From assembly GCA_963728555.1 (NCBI GenBank), contig CAVSKP010000005.1:21413-85412 (forward strand): a DNA stretch of 64,000 bases, written 5' to 3'. This stretch comes from an uncultured Actinomycetota bacterium (lineage in GTDB: Bacteria > Actinomycetota > Actinomycetes > Propionibacteriales > Nocardioidaceae). Position numbers and translations under genes: made by a program. Below the pieces are notes generated by a model. The model was not told the origin of the DNA. It saw nothing but the letters and a program-made list of their open reading frames with translations, and searched no databases. Positions 63,683 through 64,000 of the stretch are shown in pieces (position 1 is the stretch's first letter; each line of letters opens with the position of its first letter).

Positions 63683-64000
63683 TCAGGAGCTCGCGACCGG
63701 CTTCAGGCTGGTGGTCGACCAACGGCCGAACCGGGCGGGGTAGGTGCGCATCACGGTGAGCACGCGGTAGTCGCCGTAGAACACGTCGAGCAGGCAGCCG
63801 CGGGGCGCCTTCCCGAGCACGGCGCCGTACTCCGCGTCGTCCGGACCGAAGCAACGCGTGACCCGGAAGGTCCTCGCGCCGTCGTCCTTCATCGCGTACA
63901 GCTTGTCCACGACGGATGACGCGGCCCAGTCCTCGGCCACGACGGAGCCGGTCTCGATGCCACGAGCCAGCACCTTCGCCGCGTGGTCCCCCGTGGAGTA
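63683..64000 (-). CDS. Hypothetical protein, 3' part (start outside the window)
   Basis: Open frame from the window edge to the stop at 63683 with GC-biased third positions. Confidence 0.55.
   Translation of the reverse strand, partial: YSTGDHAAKVLARGIETGSVVAEDWAASSVVDKLYAMKDDGARTFRVTRCFGPDDAEYGAVLGKAPRGCLLDVFYGDYRVLTVMRTYPARFGRWSTTSLKPVASS

Noticed and set aside
184-63973. Hundreds of long Arg/Pro/Gly-rich overlapping ORFs in the six-frame track
   Set aside because: Shadow frames expected from very high GC; they lie antisense or off-frame to well-supported genes
1-64000. tRNA, rRNA, integrase, transposase, phage or defence genes
   Set aside because: No sequence hallmarks recognised by eye; a tRNAscan/Infernal/HMM run would be needed to exclude them fully

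Overview
64 kb of a very GC-rich actinobacterial chromosome (gene content, leaderless starts and REP-like repeats suggest Nocardioidaceae; this is inference). No rRNA, tRNA, CRISPR, integrase or transposase was recognised. Left to right: the end of a beta-ketoadipate (pca) operon; a string of small regulator/detox cassettes (CGNR, OhrR/Ohr, TetR/cupin, WYL/epoxide hydrolase, MarR/TPR); thrC and an M1 peptidase; a complete L-rhamnose uptake/catabolism operon coupled to lutABC; two tandem paralogous OppA-type lipoproteins, each followed by the same covarying three-hairpin element; and a large amine/betaine-type catabolic cluster (Rieske oxygenase, acyl-CoA dehydrogenases, CaiD, Pot-type ABC transporter, class III aminotransferase, PYROXD2-like oxidoreductase, ADP-forming CoA ligase). 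That cluster is tied together by four copies of a 20-bp operator and is interrupted by an accessory block that includes a cassette flanked by 93-bp direct repeats. Five clear and two possible single-base frameshifts occur, probably sequencing/assembly errors. Best candidates for undescribed biology: the TetR-operator-defined methylated-amine/polyamine catabolic regulon containing a PYROXD2-like gene, and the structured RNA with an anti-SD-like loop downstream of both oppA copies.
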